Part shown: in pieces, positions 54,998-64,000 of the stretch
Numbering within the stretch: the first letter of the stretch is position 1
Layout: every line of letters begins with the position of its first letter
Assembly: GCA_043798935.1 (NCBI GenBank)
Contig: JAZDOC010000017.1
Coordinates: forward strand, 64,381 to 128,380
Reading direction: 5' to 3'
DNA length: 64,000 nt
Origin: Patescibacteria group bacterium
GTDB lineage: Bacteria; Patescibacteriota; Patescibacteriia; UBA9570; JAHJKD01
Program-made: the position numbers and the translations under genes
Notes under the pieces: model-generated
The model's input: only the letters and a program-made list of their open reading frames with translations
Told to the model about the DNA's origin: nothing
The model's database searches: none

Positions 54998-55636
54998 CTA
55001 CCCCTTGGCAACCGTAGCAGCCCAAATTTCCGCTATTTGGAGGGGTTTTAAAGCCTGAATAACCTGATTAATAGTATTTCCGGTTGTATATACATCATCA
55101 ATAATTAACACTCTTTTTCCAACTAATGATAAATTTGGATTAATTATACTAAAAGCCTGCTTAGTATTGGCAAACCGCTCGGCTTCGCTTAATTTAGCCT
55201 GAGCGTGCGTATATTTTTGACGATAAACAATATCGGTTCGAAGCTGGCCAACTTTAGCCATAGCCAGTTTAGTAGCAATGAGCTCGGCCTGATTAAACCC
55301 CCGTTCCCGTAAGCGCTTTCTATGTAAAGGCACGGGAATAATATAATCAAACTTTTCATGGATAACCGATATCAATTCAACGGCTAATATATCGGCGATT
55401 TCTTGGCTATAACCGTATTTATATTGATGAATTATTTTTTGGATAATTTTATTGGCATACGGCGCCAAGTAAAATAAACCGGCTAGATCGCTATTTTTCG
55501 GAAAATAGATTTTTTGCGGTTGAAGCATTTGTTGTTTGCATTTTTCACACAACCAAACATCGTAAACGTTTTCACAGTTTACACATTGAATCGGAAATAA
55601 TAAATCCTTAAGCCAATTAATTATTTGTTTTATCAT
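54998..55636 (-). CDS. comFC: ComF-family protein (ComFC-like: double zinc ribbon plus phosphoribosyltransferase fold).
   Basis: 212 aa. It has the N-terminal zinc ribbon CVNCENVYDVWLCEKCKQQ and the PRTase motif VLIIDDVYTTGNT. Confidence 0.8.
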   Translation of the reverse strand: MIKQIINWLKDLLFPIQCVNCENVYDVWLCEKCKQQMLQPQKIYFPKNSDLAGLFYLAPYANKIIQKIIHQYKYGYSQEIADILAVELISVIHEKFDYIIPVPLHRKRLRERGFNQAELIATKLAMAKVGQLRTDIVYRQKYTHAQAKLSEAERFANTKQAFSIINPNLSLVGKRVLIIDDVYTTGNTINQVIQALKPLQIAEIWAATVAKG

Positions 55637-55848
55637 AATGTAATATTATTTATTTTCTTACCGCCCACGGGCACTTTTTTTAACGCCCACGGGCATGAAG
55701 CCCGGAGCTATTTTTTAATTAATTTAGCCCCGCCCTTTACCTGCCCGCAATGCCATGCGTGGCAGGCGGGTGGGCGTGGGCGAGGAATGAACAAAAAAAC
55801 AACCCTCTCAAAAAAGAAGAGGGTCGCCTTGGATAACAGGTTATATGT

Positions 55849-58326
55849 TTATCGGGAAAAAGTCAATTTTTTGTTTTGATAGCCGATTTTAATGCTTTGA
55901 TTGGGTTTTAAATCGTCAGACAATATTTTTTCCGCTAATTGGTTTTCGATTAATTCTTGGATATTTTTACGAATGGCTCGGGCACCTTGCTCGGGGCTGA
56001 AACTTAGTTCGGCCAAGTATTTATAAACCAAGTTAGTGATCGATAATTTTATTTGCTTTTCTTTTAATCGATTTTGGAGTTCATTCATTTCAAGTTTTGC
56101 AATAGCGATAAGATCATTTAAAGTTAGCGGTTTAAAGACAATTGTTTTGTCGATCCGGTTTAAAAATTCCGGGCGGAATGTTTCTTTCAATTTTTTAAGA
56201 GCATGATTTTTCACTTCTTCATAAGCCGGGTTGTCTTTGTTTGCGGTTTCGCCAAAACCAATTTTAGCTTGTTGCTCAAACTCTTTTAAGCCCACATTAG
56301 ATGTCATTATAATAATGGCGTTTTTAAAATTGATTTGCCGGCCAGTGGCATCGGCTAATTGTCCATCTTCAAGTATTTGGAGTAATAAATTAAAAACATC
56401 GGGGTGCGCTTTTTCTATTTCATCAAACAGCACCACTGAATAGGGGTGTCTTTTTACCTGGTCGGTTAATTTCGCACCGTCTTTATAACCAATGTATCCG
56501 GCTGGCGCGCCGATCAATTTGGAGATATTAAACTTTTCTGAAAATTCCGACATGTCTATTCTAATCAGAGATTTTTTTTCACCGAATAATATTTTAGCCA
56601 ACTGTTTAGCCAGCTCGGTTTTACCCACGCCGGATGGGCCTAAAAATATAAATGAACCGGTTGGCCTGGTAGGGGAGGTTAAACCGGCGCGGGCACGGCG
56701 GATAAATTCGGAAATGGTTTTAGTGGCTTCCACTTGGCCGATAATACGCGCATTAAGTAGCTCATTTAAATGAAGGAGTTGGTTTTTTTCTTCAGCTACC
56801 AGTTCGCCAATGGGGATGCCGGTGATTTTAGAAATAATTTGGGCAATGTTTTTTTTGTCGATACTGCCGATAAATTTTTGTGGCCTGGAGTTTCGAGCTT
56901 GGCGGATTTTATTTATTTTTTCTCTGATTATTTCTTCCTGTTGTTTAACGGCTAAAGCCTGATCGAATTTTTCCTGCCTAACCATGGTTAATTTTTTTTG
57001 GCTGATGTCATCGAGCTCATGCTCCAAATTTCGAAGTGCCAAGTTTTCCGGATCAATGGGTTGGCTCACCTTGGTGCCGGCGGCCGCTTCATCAATTAAA
57101 TCTATGGCCTTGTCCGGCAAGAATTTATCTTGAATATAGCGCGTGGAAAATTTTACGGCCGCTAAGATAGCGTCGGCGGTTATATGAATATTATGGTAAT
57201 CTTCGTAATTTTTTTTGATGCCGGTAATAATTTGAATGGTCTCTTTTTCACTGGCTTCTTCCACAATAATAGGCCTAAAACGTCGCTCCAAAGCCGCATC
57301 AGATTCAATGTGCTTTTGATATTCATTTAAAGTGGTTGCCCCGATACAGCGAATATTACCTTTAGCCAAGCCGGGTTTTAAAATGTTAGCCGCGTCCATG
57401 GTACCGCCACCGGTTCCACCCGCGCCCGCGCCTATTAAAGTATGGATTTCATCAATAAACAATATTATTTTTTTATTTTTTTCCAGCTCATCAATAATTT
57501 GTTTGAAGCGCGATTCAAATTCACCGCGGTACATTGTTCCGGCTACTACTAGTCCTAAATCCAGCCGATATATTTGTTTGTCTAAAAGAATATCGGGCAC
57601 ATTTTTTTCCACAATTCTTTTAGCCAGCCCCTCGACGATAGCGGTTTTCCCAACGCCGGCTTCACCAATTAAAACCGGATTATTTTTTGTGCGGCGCGAC
57701 AAAACATGAATAACACGCTCAATTTCTTGGTCGCGTCCGATAACTGGATCAATTTTGCTTTGTGCGTTTTCAGCGCAAAGATTGGTCGCAAAAAATTCCA
57801 GTGCCGATGGACTAGCTTTATGTTCCGGGTCTAAAGCGCTCTCAGATTGCTCGTCGCCAAACACGGCCGCGATATCATTAAAGCGCCCGTTATTTTTTAA
57901 AATTTGTAAAATTTGCCGCGATAGCGATTCAACATTAATTTTATGTGCGATAAATAATTGTTTTAAATAGTTATCCGGATTTTGCAGTAAGGCCATTAAT
58001 AAATGTTCAGTGCCGATATAAACGTGATGATGGTTAAAAGCAACCAGGGCGGCTCTTTCAATGCTTTGGGTTGTAAGTGGCGACAATGGCGGAAAAGACG
58101 CGTTCAAGCTAACTTCTAAATTAACCAGAGATTGTTTTAAAATATCGGGCGTAATATTTGTTTTTCTAATTACTTCGGCCGCAATTGAACCTTTTTGTTC
58201 AGCCAGACCGATAAAAAGATGAATCGGCAGAACTTGTCGGTTTTTGTACTTCCAGGATAGATTAATGGCCCGGGCTAATGAATTTTTTAAATTTGAAGTG
58301 AATTTATTTAGAATGTCGAGCGGCAT
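55849..58326 (-). CDS. clpC: Clp/Hsp100 AAA+ chaperone-ATPase, ClpC-like (two AAA modules, short middle linker).
   Basis: 825 aa. It has Clp_N repeats, AAA1 Walker [16 protein letters not shown] with the sensor [23 protein letters not shown], and AAA2 [15 protein letters not shown]. The middle domain is shorter than in ClpB. Confidence 0.85.
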   Translation of the reverse strand: MPLDILNKFTSNLKNSLARAINLSWKYKNRQVLPIHLFIGLAEQKGSIAAEVIRKTNITPDILKQSLVNLEVSLNASFPPLSPLTTQSIERAALVAFNHHHVYIGTEHLLMALLQNPDNYLKQLFIAHKINVESLSRQILQILKNNGRFNDIAAVFGDEQSESALDPEHKASPSALEFFATNLCAENAQSKIDPVIGRDQEIERVIHVLSRRTKNNPVLIGEAGVGKTAIVEGLAKRIVEKNVPDILLDKQIYRLDLGLVVAGTMYRGEFESRFKQIIDELEKNKKIILFIDEIHTLIGAGAGGTGGGTMDAANILKPGLAKGNIRCIGATTLNEYQKHIESDAALERRFRPIIVEEASEKETIQIITGIKKNYEDYHNIHITADAILAAVKFSTRYIQDKFLPDKAIDLIDEAAAGTKVSQPIDPENLALRNLEHELDDISQKKLTMVRQEKFDQALAVKQQEEIIREKINKIRQARNSRPQKFIGSIDKKNIAQIISKITGIPIGELVAEEKNQLLHLNELLNARIIGQVEATKTISEFIRRARAGLTSPTRPTGSFIFLGPSGVGKTELAKQLAKILFGEKKSLIRIDMSEFSEKFNISKLIGAPAGYIGYKDGAKLTDQVKRHPYSVVLFDEIEKAHPDVFNLLLQILEDGQLADATGRQINFKNAIIIMTSNVGLKEFEQQAKIGFGETANKDNPAYEEVKNHALKKLKETFRPEFLNRIDKTIVFKPLTLNDLIAIAKLEMNELQNRLKEKQIKLSITNLVYKYLAELSFSPEQGARAIRKNIQELIENQLAEKILSDDLKPNQSIKIGYQNKKLTFSR

Positions 58327-58329
58327 GAT

Positions 58330-59118
58330 TTATGTGTTTTTCTGTTTAAGGTTATTATATAAAACATAAGCGTAAATGGTAGTAATTGGCAGAGATAAAA
58401 TTATAGCAATCGGGTCGCCGTAGTTAGGGATAAATTTTAATAAAAAAGAAACAGTATAAATTACAGAATATAAAATGGCTAAGCGGATTAATATTGGCCA
58501 AAAATAATGTTTGCTTAAACGGAAACTTTTACGGATGGCCGACCAAGCGTCAGCTGATTGATCCACTATAAAATATGGAGCGAATAATAAAAATACCGAC
58601 ATTAACATATACGACAGTGTGGTAATATAAGATAAAAATGGAAAGATAGCATTTACCCACTCGGCGTTTATCAGGCCTAAAAGCGCAGTTAAAACTGTAA
58701 TAATAATATAATCAGCCAGAGTAACGATGCCGGCAATTAAAATAGTAAGCAAAGCTAAAATAATAAACGTTCCAAAAAATTCTAGTGATTGATAGATAAG
58801 GCGTGATATTTTTATATCAGCTTGCTTGATAGTTAATAATATCAAAGAGATAGTGCCCCAAAATTCAGCTATGATGATTATTAATAACGCAATGATTAAA
58901 AAATACACAAATCCGGATGAGGCATTAAAAAGCTCGGCCGGGTTATCTAGAAAAGAAGCCGAGAAGACGAACGATCCAAAAATTGCCCAACCAAAAGCAT
59001 AAATAATAAAAATTGGCACCGCGCTTACCAATATGAATTTGATAAAGTGATGAATTAATATTTTCCAAGCTTCATACCAGGTATCGGTGACGCTTAGCAT
59101 TTCGTAATGTTTTGACAT
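58330..59118 (-). CDS. Hypothetical polytopic membrane protein.
   Basis: 262 aa with about 6 predicted TM helices. No motif recognised. Confidence 0.45.
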   Translation of the reverse strand: MSKHYEMLSVTDTWYEAWKILIHHFIKFILVSAVPIFIIYAFGWAIFGSFVFSASFLDNPAELFNASSGFVYFLIIALLIIIIAEFWGTISLILLTIKQADIKISRLIYQSLEFFGTFIILALLTILIAGIVTLADYIIITVLTALLGLINAEWVNAIFPFLSYITTLSYMLMSVFLLFAPYFIVDQSADAWSAIRKSFRLSKHYFWPILIRLAILYSVIYTVSFLLKFIPNYGDPIAIILSLPITTIYAYVLYNNLKQKNT

Positions 59119-59174
59119 AGTAATCTATTATTAGAAATTATTATTAATAATGTTAAATTATTTTGAAACGCGCG

Positions 59175-60071
59175 TTAGGCTATCTCTCTTAATTTGGCGA
59201 TACGTTCATCGATTGGTGGGTGAGTGGAAAACATGTTTCCAAAAAAACTTTTTTGTGCGAAAGGACTGGAGATATACAAGTGAGCCGTAGCTTTATTAGC
59301 GTGTGTTAACGGGGTGGCTTGAGTTTTAATTTTTTCTAATGCTCTGGCTAAACCCTCAGGATAGCGTGTTAAAAGTACGGCTGATCCGTCAGCTAAAAAT
59401 TCACGTTTTCTGGAGATTGCCAGTTGCACAATTTTAGCTAAAACAGGGGAGAGAATGGCAAAAACTGCGCCGATTAATAAAAATACCAGCTGAATACCGC
59501 CGCCACCGCGATTATTAGAGCGATGTCCACCAAAAAAACTAAATCGAAACATCCAGTTTGCAAGTAGAGTAATAAAGCTCACGCAAATTATCACCAACAT
59601 CATCAGCCTAATGTCGTAGTTTTTAATGTGCGATAATTCATGGGCGAGAACGCCTTCTAATTCTTCATTTTCTAAATTATCAATGGCACCCTGAGTGATA
59701 GCAACAGATGAATGTTCGGGGTCGCGGCCGGTGGCAAAAGCGTTGATGGCCGGGTCGGGGATGATATAAATTTTTGGCATAGACAAGCCGGCCGCAATAC
59801 ATAAATTTTCTACCAAATTATAAACATAAGAATTCTGTTCTTTATTAATCGGGCCTTTGGCGCCGGCTGTAAAAAGCGCTAGTTTATCGCCGGCGTAATA
59901 GCCGAATAACGAAGAGGCCGTTGCTATTAACACAGCCATTATTAAGCCTACCCAGCCTTGTTCGATAGTGTAAGAAAATATAAAACCCAATATTAAAATA
60001 AACACAATAAATAAGCTCATTAATAGAATAGTGCGACGTTTATTTGAAGCTATTTGGTTGTAGACGTTCAT
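59175..60071 (-). CDS. htpX: Zinc metalloprotease HtpX (M48 family).
   Basis: 298 aa. It has N-terminal TM helices and the HELSH zinc motif (HELSHIKNYD). Confidence 0.9.
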   Translation of the reverse strand: MNVYNQIASNKRRTILLMSLFIVFILILGFIFSYTIEQGWVGLIMAVLIATASSLFGYYAGDKLALFTAGAKGPINKEQNSYVYNLVENLCIAAGLSMPKIYIIPDPAINAFATGRDPEHSSVAITQGAIDNLENEELEGVLAHELSHIKNYDIRLMMLVIICVSFITLLANWMFRFSFFGGHRSNNRGGGGIQLVFLLIGAVFAILSPVLAKIVQLAISRKREFLADGSAVLLTRYPEGLARALEKIKTQATPLTHANKATAHLYISSPFAQKSFFGNMFSTHPPIDERIAKLREIA

Positions 60072-60155
60072 GTTTAATTAATATTGAGTTTAAATTGAAA
60101 AGGCGAATTTAATAGCAATATTTTTATAGCAAAATTTAGAATTATACAGATATTC

Positions 60156-60728
60156 TTAGAATTTTACAGTTACATTTTCACGCTCACTAGCATCGGCTAC
60201 TTCGTAAAAAGCGCGTTTAGCAAAGCCTAGCATGTTAGCAATTAAATTGTTTGGGAATACTTGAATTTTAATGTTGAAGTCACGAACCACGCCGTTGTAG
60301 AAGCGGCGGGAAGCTTGGATTTTGTTTTCCGTGTCGGAAAGCTCGTCTTGAAGCTTGGCGAAGTTGGTATTGGCTTTTAAATCCGGGTAATTTTCCGCTA
60401 CGGCAAACATGCTTTTTAAAGCGCCCATTAAATTGTTTTCGGCTTTGGCCATTTCTTCCGGCGCCTTGGCGTTCATGGCCGCACTGCGGGCAATGGCGAT
60501 GTTTTCTAATACTTGTTTTTCATGTGAAGCATAGCCTTTAACGGTTTCGATTAAATTGGGGATTAAGTCGTGGCGGCGTTTAAGTTGAATGTCGATATCG
60601 CTCCAGCCTTCATCTACTTGGTTTTTAAGTTTGATTAAACCGTTGTAAACGGCGATTAACCACATAGCAATAGCTACGATAGCTACTAAAATGACGATCA
60701 ATCCAATTCCTAAAATAGAAATTATCAT
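60156..60728 (-). CDS. lemA: LemA-family protein.
   Basis: 190 aa. It has an N-terminal TM and the LemA signature YNGLIKLKNQVDEGWSDIDIQLKRRHDLIPNLIETVKGY. Confidence 0.85.
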   Translation of the reverse strand: MIISILGIGLIVILVAIVAIAMWLIAVYNGLIKLKNQVDEGWSDIDIQLKRRHDLIPNLIETVKGYASHEKQVLENIAIARSAAMNAKAPEEMAKAENNLMGALKSMFAVAENYPDLKANTNFAKLQDELSDTENKIQASRRFYNGVVRDFNIKIQVFPNNLIANMLGFAKRAFYEVADASERENVTVKF

Positions 60729-60761
60729 ATTTTTTATTATTAATTATTTATATTATTTAAA

Positions 60762-61271
60762 TTATTCGTTAATAAATAAATTGACCTGGTTGCAGTAAAA
60801 CTGTGTTTGATTCAGAATGTTTTCCGTGGCTAAAGCGTATATATAATCGCCGGTTTTTAAATCTGAAAGCGTAATTGCGATATTTTCATTGGTATTTAAG
60901 TTTATTTTGCCATATTGGGTTTTATCGTCTATTTGAACAACAAAATTTTGGCCGGCATTTTCTTTTTCAGCCATTAAGCCGTTAATGATTATTTTGTCGG
61001 CTTGGATTTCCGAAATAACGCCTTCGCGGCGATAAATTTTTGTGATTGACGGTTCAACGGAATCAGTATTTATAGCAGTGTTTGTATTTGGGTTGGCAGC
61101 GGATTGATCTGCATTAATAACAGTAGCACTAGCTGGTGATAGATGAGAATTATCTTTAGCATATAAATAGCCATATCCGGTAATGCCACCAATAATAAAA
61201 CCAACAATAATGCCACCAATAAAAATGAAAACATTAATGCTTACCACTGTGAAAATTTTGTTTGTTGACAT
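60762..61271 (-). CDS. Hypothetical membrane-anchored protein.
   Basis: 169 aa with an N-terminal TM (IFTVVSINVFIFIGGIIVGFIIGGI). No motif recognised. Confidence 0.45.
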   Translation of the reverse strand: MSTNKIFTVVSINVFIFIGGIIVGFIIGGITGYGYLYAKDNSHLSPASATVINADQSAANPNTNTAINTDSVEPSITKIYRREGVISEIQADKIIINGLMAEKENAGQNFVVQIDDKTQYGKINLNTNENIAITLSDLKTGDYIYALATENILNQTQFYCNQVNLFINE

Positions 61272-61357
61272 TGCTTATGCGAAATGTTAAAATTTTAATA
61301 TAAAAACTGTTTTTGTCTTGTATATTATATAATTATTCGTAAGCTTTTGTCAAAAAT

Positions 61358-63565
61358 ATGTTTTCACGATGGAAATTAATTTTACTAGTAATAATGGTCG
61401 GTGTTTTTATTTTTGTAAAAGCGCCTATTGATGCTGAAACTTGGCAAGAACCAACTAGTGGTTGTTCTCCGGCTTCTGATCCGTCTTCGTGCAACATTTC
61501 CGCACCCCTGAACACATCTATAGATAATCAAACCAAAGACGGCTCGCTTTCTATTGGCGGTGATTTATCTACTAGTGGCAATTTAACTGTTACTGGCAAT
61601 GCTAGTGCTAGTCTATTAACAGCTTCTACATATGTATATACTCCAAAAGTAACCGGTAACGGTGTTCTTATTTTAAATTCTACTTCTGGAATAGTTAATT
61701 TTGGTAGTGGCTCCGGTGCTACAATTAGATCTGTAGGAAGTTTCACAGCCAAAGAAAACGTAACAGCTGAAAAAAATCTTACTGTTCAGGGAAGGTTAAC
61801 CGCTCAGGGAAGTTTAATAATTCCTAACGTTACCTCACCATTAGCTACAGCCTTAAATGGCTCTATTATCAATGATAGCGGAACCTTTAAAATATATGAT
61901 TCCGGAACTTGGAAAACCATGTTACTAGAGCCGGAAGTGTGGGTTAATGAAGCCGGCGGGGATACGATAACTTTAGCGGCCGCTTCTACGGCTGTAAACG
62001 CTTTAGCCATAAACAATTTAAAAAGTGGTGCTACTGGTTTAGATATTACGCAAACACTGGGTAGTAATCCGGGGATTTCAGTTACAAACACTAGTACTGA
62101 TGTAAATGCTCTTGGTGTAAAAATAGATAATAGTAAAGGTATTGGTTTAGATGTTGATACTCAAGGTACCTTGGCTGTACACGCCTGCAATGATGGTAAT
62201 AATTGCGTAGATTTAGGCACTAATCAAAATGCTGGGGAGTTTCATGGGTATGTTACAAGTGATAACCTAATAACAGCCGACGGTTTTTTAGCAACTAATA
62301 TGAAATATTCTTCGCAGAATTCTTTTTCCAGAAATGTAGTTTATCAGACTGATAGAATTGGTTTTGCAAGATCAAGTGTTTTAAGATATCACTCTATTAA
62401 CGCCATGGTCTGGGATGGAAGCTATATGTATTTAGCCGGTAATGAGCTAGGTAGTGATTATAGAATATTAAAAACACGCGGTGGCGCCGAGCCAGAATAT
62501 ATTCACGATTATGAGCCAACCGCTTTAATATCATTTATTCCGGAAGATGGAGTGGTTATAGCAGATTACATAGTTTCAGTAGATAGTGGTAATTATTATC
62601 CTGGCAATTGTACGGTTGGAATTGTTGATAAAGAAGATTTTACTGATAATACTGTTTTTTTAACAGGTCAATTAGGATGCTATCATATTATTTCTGATGG
62701 GCAATATGCCATAGTGCCGGTTGAAAACACAAAAAAAATTTATTTTATTAATCCAAATAGTTCAGCAATTCCTGGTAGCATTGATATTTCAACAAATTGT
62801 TCAGTACCAAAAGATGTAGTATTTGATGGAAATGATTTGTGGATTACGTGTGAAAATCCAGGCGCTGGTAAAATAATAAGATTAGATTATTCATGCACAA
62901 CTTCTACTACTGTTTCATGTAGCGGAACTCAGACTGTTTATGACGACCTAGTCGGTCCAAATTTGATATTTTTTGATGGAAATTATTTATGGGTAACATA
63001 TAATAATCCAAGTGTGGGCGCGAAAACATTGCGCAAACTAGATTTTAACAATATTGGCCACTCCACCAGTCTGCAAGAAAAACTTTTTTATACCAGTAGC
63101 GATGTGGGTGTTAATACTTTAGATATTGAATTTGACGGCAGTAATATATGGTTGGCTAATGGTGCGACCGAGGAATTAAATATTGTGCCGGCAGCTGGTG
63201 GAGTAGTAAGTAAAATTAAATCCTTTAATGATACCACGGGGACGCCCGGTACAACTTCAGATAAGCCGAAAAGATTAGCTTTTGATGGCACTAATATTTG
63301 GATGACTTATATAGATGCTGATTACAGAACCACCGGAGAATATGGATTAAAAATGTTTAGCACTGGTAATGGTAGTTTTGGTAACGATAGTCAAAGGCAT
63401 TTTAGAGGAATTATTATGTCTACCGATGATAACCAAAAAACCGTTTGTTTATATATTGATTTTGATCCGTTTGCCACAACCCCACCAAAATATCGTACAG
63501 CCATAGCTATTAATGATCCAGCCGATCCAACATATACGAATTATAAAAATTATTGTGGGTATTAA
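61358..63565 (+). CDS. Secreted/membrane-anchored beta-propeller-like repeat protein.
   Basis: 735 aa with an N-terminal signal/TM. At least four spaced repeats share the motif FDGxNxW (VVFDGNDLWITC, IFFDGNYLWVTY, IEFDGSNIWLAN, LAFDGTNIWMTY). Confidence 0.55.
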   Translation: MFSRWKLILLVIMVGVFIFVKAPIDAETWQEPTSGCSPASDPSSCNISAPLNTSIDNQTKDGSLSIGGDLSTSGNLTVTGNASASLLTASTYVYTPKVTGNGVLILNSTSGIVNFGSGSGATIRSVGSFTAKENVTAEKNLTVQGRLTAQGSLIIPNVTSPLATALNGSIINDSGTFKIYDSGTWKTMLLEPEVWVNEAGGDTITLAAASTAVNALAINNLKSGATGLDITQTLGSNPGISVTNTSTDVNALGVKIDNSKGIGLDVDTQGTLAVHACNDGNNCVDLGTNQNAGEFHGYVTSDNLITADGFLATNMKYSSQNSFSRNVVYQTDRIGFARSSVLRYHSINAMVWDGSYMYLAGNELGSDYRILKTRGGAEPEYIHDYEPTALISFIPEDGVVIADYIVSVDSGNYYPGNCTVGIVDKEDFTDNTVFLTGQLGCYHIISDGQYAIVPVENTKKIYFINPNSSAIPGSIDISTNCSVPKDVVFDGNDLWITCENPGAGKIIRLDYSCTTSTTVSCSGTQTVYDDLVGPNLIFFDGNYLWVTYNNPSVGAKTLRKLDFNNIGHSTSLQEKLFYTSSDVGVNTLDIEFDGSNIWLANGATEELNIVPAAGGVVSKIKSFNDTTGTPGTTSDKPKRLAFDGTNIWMTYIDADYRTTGEYGLKMFSTGNGSFGNDSQRHFRGIIMSTDDNQKTVCLYIDFDPFATTPPKYRTAIAINDPADPTYTNYKNYCGY

Positions 63566-63594
63566 AAAAGTTAGATAATATTTTGAATTTCAGA

Positions 63595-63619
63595 CCTCGA
63601 ATTAATTCGGGGTTTTTTT
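63595..63619 (+). terminator. Intrinsic terminator.
   Basis: cctcgaatt/aattcgggg stem followed by ttttttt (63613-63619). Confidence 0.55.
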
Positions 63620-63814
63620 AATAAAACATAAACAAAAAACATGCATAATAAATGTATGCATCTTGTCCACATATGAACCTTGACAAAGAGGCTAAAATGT
63701 CTTTTTATTAAGGTAGTAAACGGTTTAAGTAAACATTTCTTGAGCAGTAAAAATAATATAAAAAATAAGTTTTATTTAATAACAAAAATAAATAATTTTT
63801 TTAACTACAAATAT

Positions 63815-64000
63815 ATGGCAATTAGCAAAATTAAATTAGGGGGATTAACAATTGTTGCAACCATGCTTTTTATCTTACCTTTACATACATCAGCCACGGT
63901 TAAATTCGGCAGTGTTAAGGTAGTGAAAACCGAAAAGCCGGCAGTACAAACTACTGTGGCTAAACCGGCAAACACAACTCAGCCCGCAGCTAAGGCCGAT
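63815..64000 (+). CDS. Secreted hypothetical protein, 3' end truncated by the window edge.
   Basis: It starts MAISKIKLGGLTIVATMLFILPLHTSA, a signal peptide, and the frame runs open to the end of the window. Confidence 0.4.
   Translation, partial: MAISKIKLGGLTIVATMLFILPLHTSATVKFGSVKVVKTEKPAVQTTVAKPANTTQPAAKAD

Noticed and set aside
1-64000. Alternative genetic code (UGA as a sense codon, as in some CPR lineages).
   Set aside because: Conserved genes (rpsO, pnp, gmk, leuS, recG, clpC) have full expected lengths under the standard code and terminate in TAA or TAG. No in-frame TGA read-through is needed.
1-64000. CRISPR array.
   Set aside because: No regularly spaced direct repeats with unique spacers are visible. 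The only tandem repeats are the 3x31-bp REP-adjacent unit and short microsatellites.

Overview
This is an AT-rich bacterial chromosomal segment, roughly one-third GC by eye, that uses the standard genetic code; long ORFs end in TAA/TAG and TGA is not read through. Gene content and architecture are consistent with a small-genome, host- or episymbiont-type bacterium, possibly CPR/Patescibacteria-like. That placement is inference, not something the sequence shows directly.

Housekeeping content on both strands:
- Plus strand: rpsO, then an inserted membrane-protein gene, then pnp and gmk; a DksA/TraR-like zinc-finger gene, lspA, an RNHCP zinc-ribbon gene and comM/yifB; leuS, tsaC/yrdC and ksgA.
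- Minus strand: rsmI, a LysM-M23 peptidase, recG, a PAP2-GT4-DedA envelope cluster, comFC, a clpC-like AAA+ ATPase, htpX and lemA.
- Three minus-strand tRNAs: one tRNA-Arg and a tandem pair of tRNA-Ser genes.

The accessory and unusual content is of three kinds.

First, an IS200-like REP-associated tyrosine transposase (RAYT) with its cognate 32-bp REP palindrome. One copy lies just upstream next to a 3x31-bp tandem repeat. A second copy is embedded in-frame inside the transposase ORF.

Second, a ~29 kb co-directional, tightly packed plus-strand block (19981-49301) with these genes in order:
- a small TSP3/dockerin-like repeat protein;
- a 4542-aa Cys-rich surface protein with two vWA MIDAS motifs, Ca-binding TSP3 repeats and a C-terminal PKD-like motif;
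- a polytopic VirB6-like membrane protein;
- a PrgI/VirB3-like protein;
- a VirB4-family ATPase split into two translationally coupled ORFs;
- a VirB8-like bitopic candidate;
- an extremely acidic disordered protein with a C-terminal membrane anchor;
- a first VirB2/TrbC pilin-like N-terminal domain fused to a large Cys-rich C-terminal domain;
- a TolB-like beta-propeller protein;
- a DsbA-fold protein that has lost its CxxC active site;
- a second pilin-like fusion paralog whose C-terminal domain carries a LAS/M15 (VanY-like) zinc-peptidase signature.

I read this block as a Gram-positive-type (Prg/Tcp-like) type IV secretion-like surface apparatus. No coupling protein or relaxase is in the window.

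Third, several smaller signals:
- two perfect DnaA boxes next to an AT-rich tract;
- a promoter-to-terminator bounded, hairpin-rich ~360-nt candidate ncRNA;
- a pnp leader hairpin;
- a recurring terminator hairpin family.

All homology calls come from motif recognition by eye and need profile searches to confirm.
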